Shown piece by piece: positions 63,171 to 64,000 of a stretch of DNA of 64,000 nt. Source of the stretch: Chiloscyllium plagiosum (lineage: Eukaryota). The stretch lies in assembly GCF_004010195.1 (NCBI RefSeq), contig NC_057718.1, positions 23,404,637-23,468,636 of the forward strand. The letters are read 5' to 3'. Every line of letters starts with the position of its first letter. Position 1 is the stretch's first letter. The position numbers and the translations under genes are program-made. The notes under the pieces are model-generated. The model searched no databases and was not told the DNA's origin. It saw only the letters and a list, made by a program, of their open reading frames with translations.

Positions 63171-63537
63171 TTGCATCTAAGTCTGCATTCACAGCTGGTC
63201 ACATGCTTTCCTTGAGTCACTCAGCTCCACAAATAGCAACCAAGCTCACAAGCTCATTACTTTGAGTGTAGCCATTGAGAATGACACAAACTAACCTAGC
63301 AGAAAAGGGCAAACATGATTTGGGATGCATTAATTCAAATTTTTTAAAATAAATAATTTTAGCATCATACCATTTCAACCTAAAATAGGATACTGGAGGA
63401 ATAAAAGTTTCGAGATCATTTTCTGACCTCTGTTAAGTTAGTGGAGGCAGTCCTCTTGTTAGCTTTGCAGATTTAAGGAATTACTGATGTTAATCCATTC
63501 TTGTGCAAGTAAGTAGAATAGAATTGTTAAGGTTAAT

Positions 63538-63862
63538 GCAGTGGCACGGTGGCTCATTGGTTAGCACTGTTGCCTCACAGCGCCAGGTTTGATTCCAGTC
63601 TCGGGCGACTGTCTGTGTGGAGTTTGCACATTCTCCCCATGTCTGCATGGGTTTGCTCCAGTTTCCTCCTACAGTCCAAAGATGTGAAGGTTAGGTGAAT
63701 TGGCCATGCTAAATTGTCCATAGTGTTCAGGGATGTGTAGGTAGGGTGTGTAAGTTAGGGGTAAATATAGGGAAGGAGAATGGGTCTGGGTGGGTTACTG
63801 TTCTGAGGGTTAGTGTGGACTTGTTGGGCTGAAGGGCCTTTTCCCACACTGTAGGGATTCTA
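63538..63862 (+). mobile_element. HE1 SINE
   Basis: ggcacggtggctcattggttagcactgttgcctcacagcgccagg head, V-domain and tail. Confidence 0.92.
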
Positions 63863-64000
63863 TATTCTTATATATATGTTTTTGTAGGGATGCTATAATC
63901 TTAATCTGCCAATTGCATAAGCTCCTAACATTTGCTGTAAAGTGCTATGTATGAACAGAGCTCACTTGAGTGAGATACCAAAGTGTGAGAAGAGTATATA

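Overview
Repeat-rich, AT-rich, CpG-depleted eukaryotic DNA. HE1-type V-SINEs, CR1/HER1 LINEs and shark-type Penelope mini-elements point to an elasmobranch (shark) intron or intergenic region (inference). I can support no intact host gene; nearly all listed ORFs are transposon fragments, antisense shadows or tandem-repeat artefacts. Contents: many decayed CR1 LINEs, HE1 and Deu-type SINEs, a Penelope element with an inverted pseudo-LTR, many Penelope mini-elements with minimal hammerhead-ribozyme cores, a decayed Gypsy element containing a ~3 kb 34-bp minisatellite, a 45-bp minisatellite, a Tigger-like MITE and two 118-N gaps. The most unusual signal is at ~0.4-6 kb: four mutually homologous, frameshifted fragments in both orientations, including a ~390-bp near-identical inverted duplication. 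By hand translation they give collinear motifs resembling a Mononegavirales (paramyxovirus-like) L polymerase, i.e. a candidate cluster of endogenous RNA-virus elements (EVEs). All assignments come from reading the sequence and recalled motifs, with no database search; boundaries are approximate unless a TSD is quoted.
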